Sequence record: PQ471516.1
Length of the DNA: 64,000 nt
Strand: one strand, 5' to 3'
Each line of letters opens with the position of its first letter. The first letter of the stretch is position 1. Made by a program: the position numbers and the translations under genes. The notes under the pieces are model-generated. The model was not told where the DNA came from. It did not search any database and was given only the letters and a program-made list of their open reading frames with translations. Positions 61,198 through 64,000 of this stretch are shown here, one piece after another.

Positions 61198-63861
61198 ATG
61201 GCAGGAGATCTACTCTCACCTGGCGTTTCCGTAACAGTAACTGATGAAAGTATGAGTACTGCGTCTGCTCCTGGTACAGTCCCACTATTCATTATCGCAA
61301 CTGCGGAAGACAAACTAGTACCTGGTAGCAGTGCAATCGCTGCTGGTACAACGAAAGCAAATGCTGGTAAACTACAGCTTTTAACATCACAAAAAAGTTC
61401 TTTGGACACCTATGGTACTCCAATTTTCCAAATGAGCAATGGTTCAGTTGTTCAAGGTGACGAACTTAACGAATATGGCCTACATGCAGTGTATTCCTAT
61501 CTTGGAATTACTAATCGTGCATACGTAGTGCGTGCTGACATTGACTTAGCTCAACTAGCACCATCTGCAACTGCACCAACTGGCCCAGTATCTAATGGCA
61601 CTCTATGGCTTGATGTTGCTCAATCACAAGTTGAAGCATATGTAGCACGTAAAGACAGCCCAAGCAGTTTCTATGATTGGGAACTAAAAACCGTAACTAT
61701 CGTATCTTCTGAAGAAGTTGCTGACGTTAGTACTATCGGTATGAATGTAAATGATCTAGTACTACGCTATAAGCCAAGTAACGGTCAGATGCTAATGTAC
61801 AAATTTACTGCTTCTGGTTTGGTACAGATGGAAACTTATCTATCACCAATCAATAAAGTTCCAGTAGGCAGTACTATTGAACAAGGCAATATCTGGATTC
61901 GTGATGGCTATACTCAAAATGGTTCTAACTATTTCGGTACTCGCTTTGTAATTAAACGTTACGCTTCCCTAACTCAAGTTTGGAATACCGTTGCAGCTTA
62001 TACTGGTAACTCTTTCCAAGAAATCGAAGCTAAAAGCGGTGCTCTAAGTAGTGCATTTATCGCAGTTCGTTTTGACGATGATAGTAAGAGTTTCTCTTTC
62101 TACATTCAAAGTGCTAAACTTTCTGTAATTAGTGCTCCAGCAATGCCACTAGGCGAAACTGTTATTGAACAGGCTGGTGAAGACAGCTATTTAACTTTCC
62201 AATTCCTAAATCAAACTGTTAAAGTACTAGCAGTACCGCAAGGTAATGTTATTAATACTCAAACAATCGTTGATAACGTGAATAAAAGTGCTGATCTAAT
62301 TAACAATGGCTTTAAATTTAAACGTGAATCTAATGGTGGTTTCGTAGTTACTAACGTTAAAGGTTATAGTTTCAAAATTACCCAAAGTGGTGATGATATT
62401 TTTGATGCAACTGAAATCAAAAAACTAACTGTTGACAGTAACAACTACTCTCTAATCAACGTTAACAACTTCCGTGTTGATTCTTCTGTGCCACGTAGTA
62501 CTGCTAAAGAAGGTACTCTATGGTATGATTTCGGTAACTCTGACAACCTAACCGTTACTATGTACATCGCTGATGTAGCTAATGACGAATGGGACGTAGT
62601 TCAAGAAGACAACAAATACGTTCAACTAGACGAACCTGCTGCTGACCGTTTGATTTGGGTATCTCCTAAATCTCAAGGTATCGATGGTTATGACTTCTAT
62701 CGTAACGTAAATGGTGAGTGGGTTAAACTAGACCAAACTGACCAAAGTACTCTAAACGGTATGATCTTCGAAGATTTCAACTTCCCTGAACAAGTACCTG
62801 CTGCTGCTCTATATCAGAATGGTATGCTCGCAATCGACCTAGGCAATACCGAAGGTGTTGTTAAGAAAATGGTTAATGGTCAATGGCAAGTAGTTAGTGG
62901 TGTTGGTATTGATGGTAATGGTCTATTTGGTCGTTCTGCACAACGTCAACTAATCGTTGAAGCACTAGCTGCTGTTGTTGTTGGTAACGATGATATCCGT
63001 TCCGAATTTATCGACTTTAACCTAATCTGTGTTCCTGGTTATGTTGAACTACTAGATGAGTGTGTTACTCTAAACACTGACCGTAAAGAAACTGCTTTCA
63101 TCGTAACTGATGTTCCAGCACGTTTGAACCCAACTGGTAACGGTAGTGAAGTTCAAGAATGGGCTACTAACGCTAACAACGCACCAAGCAACGGTTCTGT
63201 AGGTCGTACTACTGCTTATGATTATGCTGCTCAGTATATGGGCTGGGGTCTAAGTACTAACGTTGATGGTGAAGAAGTTGCAGTTCCTGGTAGTACTATT
63301 GCAATGCGTACCTATGCGTACAGTGATAGTGTTAGCTACGTTTGGTATCCACCTGCTGGTACTACTCGTGGTGTGGTAACTAACGCTTCATCTATTGGCT
63401 TTATTAACGACGAAGGTGAATATCAACCAGTTGTTTATAACCAAGGTCAACGTGATGTAATGTATACCAACAACATCAACCCAATTGCAATGCGTCCTAA
63501 CCGTGGTTTGCTAGTTTATGGAGATAAAACTCTATCTGCTAACCAAACTTCAGCACTAAGCCGTGTTAACGTTGCTCGTTTAGTTGTTTATATTCGTCGT
63601 CAACTAGAAATCATTTCTGAACCATTCCTATTCCGTTTGAATACTCCAAGTACTCGTCAGGAATTCGCTGGTGTAGTGAATAGTTTCCTAGCAGAAATCG
63701 TTCAACAACAAGGTCTATATAACTTCGCAGTAGTTTGTGACGAAAGTAACAACACTTCCGAGCGTATTGACCGTAACGAACTCTGGATGGATATCGCAAT
63801 TCAACCAACTAAGAGTATCAACTTCATTTACGTACCAATTCGTATTGAAAAAACTCAATAA
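61198..63861 (+). CDS. contractile tail sheath protein (T4 gp18-like)
   Basis: LSPGV.V...D.S N-terminus; C-terminal SR.NV.RL..YI, N....R..F...V, VVCDESNNT...IDRNE...DI.I.PTKSINFI. Confidence 0.93.
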   Translation: MAGDLLSPGVSVTVTDESMSTASAPGTVPLFIIATAEDKLVPGSSAIAAGTTKANAGKLQLLTSQKSSLDTYGTPIFQMSNGSVVQGDELNEYGLHAVYSYLGITNRAYVVRADIDLAQLAPSATAPTGPVSNGTLWLDVAQSQVEAYVARKDSPSSFYDWELKTVTIVSSEEVADVSTIGMNVNDLVLRYKPSNGQMLMYKFTASGLVQMETYLSPINKVPVGSTIEQGNIWIRDGYTQNGSNYFGTRFVIKRYASLTQVWNTVAAYTGNSFQEIEAKSGALSSAFIAVRFDDDSKSFSFYIQSAKLSVISAPAMPLGETVIEQAGEDSYLTFQFLNQTVKVLAVPQGNVINTQTIVDNVNKSADLINNGFKFKRESNGGFVVTNVKGYSFKITQSGDDIFDATEIKKLTVDSNNYSLINVNNFRVDSSVPRSTAKEGTLWYDFGNSDNLTVTMYIADVANDEWDVVQEDNKYVQLDEPAADRLIWVSPKSQGIDGYDFYRNVNGEWVKLDQTDQSTLNGMIFEDFNFPEQVPAAALYQNGMLAIDLGNTEGVVKKMVNGQWQVVSGVGIDGNGLFGRSAQRQLIVEALAAVVVGNDDIRSEFIDFNLICVPGYVELLDECVTLNTDRKETAFIVTDVPARLNPTGNGSEVQEWATNANNAPSNGSVGRTTAYDYAAQYMGWGLSTNVDGEEVAVPGSTIAMRTYAYSDSVSYVWYPPAGTTRGVVTNASSIGFINDEGEYQPVVYNQGQRDVMYTNNINPIAMRPNRGLLVYGDKTLSANQTSALSRVNVARLVVYIRRQLEIISEPFLFRLNTPSTRQEFAGVVNSFLAEIVQQQGLYNFAVVCDESNNTSERIDRNELWMDIAIQPTKSINFIYVPIRIEKTQ

Positions 63862-63870
63862 TAAAACATT

Positions 63871-63897
63871 AAGGGAGCCGTTTGGCTCCCTTTTTTT
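63871..63897 (+). terminator. Rho-independent terminator
   Basis: AAGGGAGCC-GTTT-GGCTCCC T7. Confidence 0.85.
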
Positions 63898-64000
63898 ATT
63901 GTAAAAATTAAATACAATACAATATTATTATATGGGTAATTATATGGAAGAAATATTAAAGTCGATATTACAAGAACTTAGCTCCCATGTATCAACTCAA

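Noticed and set aside
328-63808. Numerous 60-160 aa minus-strand and alternate-frame ORFs in the supplied track
   Set aside because: They lie wholly within better supported + strand genes and lack SD sites or recognisable motifs
1-64000. CRISPR array, tRNA genes, integrase/transposase, reverse transcriptase
   Set aside because: No regularly spaced repeats, cloverleafs or diagnostic catalytic motifs recognised by eye; a tRNAscan-SE run would be needed to fully exclude tRNAs

Overview
64 kb of an AT-rich (roughly 35% GC, judged by eye), very gene-dense lytic jumbo myophage genome. Almost every gene is on the + strand; the one clear exception is an Ig-domain gene. Gene content resembles the T4-distant enterobacterial jumbo phages of the RaK2/GAP32/121Q type, which is an inference from gene repertoire, not a database hit. 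Recognisable genes: RNA ligase 1, polynucleotide kinase/phosphatase, ATP-dependent DNA ligase, ClpP, dCMP deaminase, sirtuin, two Nudix hydrolases, PIN-PhoH, anaerobic ribonucleotide reductase NrdD/NrdG, thymidine kinase, dNMP kinase, CCA-adding enzyme, glutaredoxin, macrodomain, HPF, spanins, LysM-lysozyme, three related tail-fibre-like proteins, a glycoside-hydrolase-like virion protein, neck protein and tail sheath. Between them lie dozens of small hypothetical ORFs, many in paralogous families. No tRNA, rRNA, CRISPR array, integrase or self-splicing intron was recognised. Signals not explained by ordinary annotation: (1) a ~520 nt ORF-free unit at 46766-47288 with its own promoter and terminator that folds into about a dozen consecutive helices, i.e. 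a candidate large structured ncRNA; (2) about 9-fold over-representation of the palindrome AGTACT in every reading frame; (3) two genes each broken by an apparent +1 frameshift in the same ACW-CGG-A context; (4) an acyl-carrier-protein-like gene lacking the phosphopantetheine serine; (5) a broad translation-repair and anti-defence toolkit.
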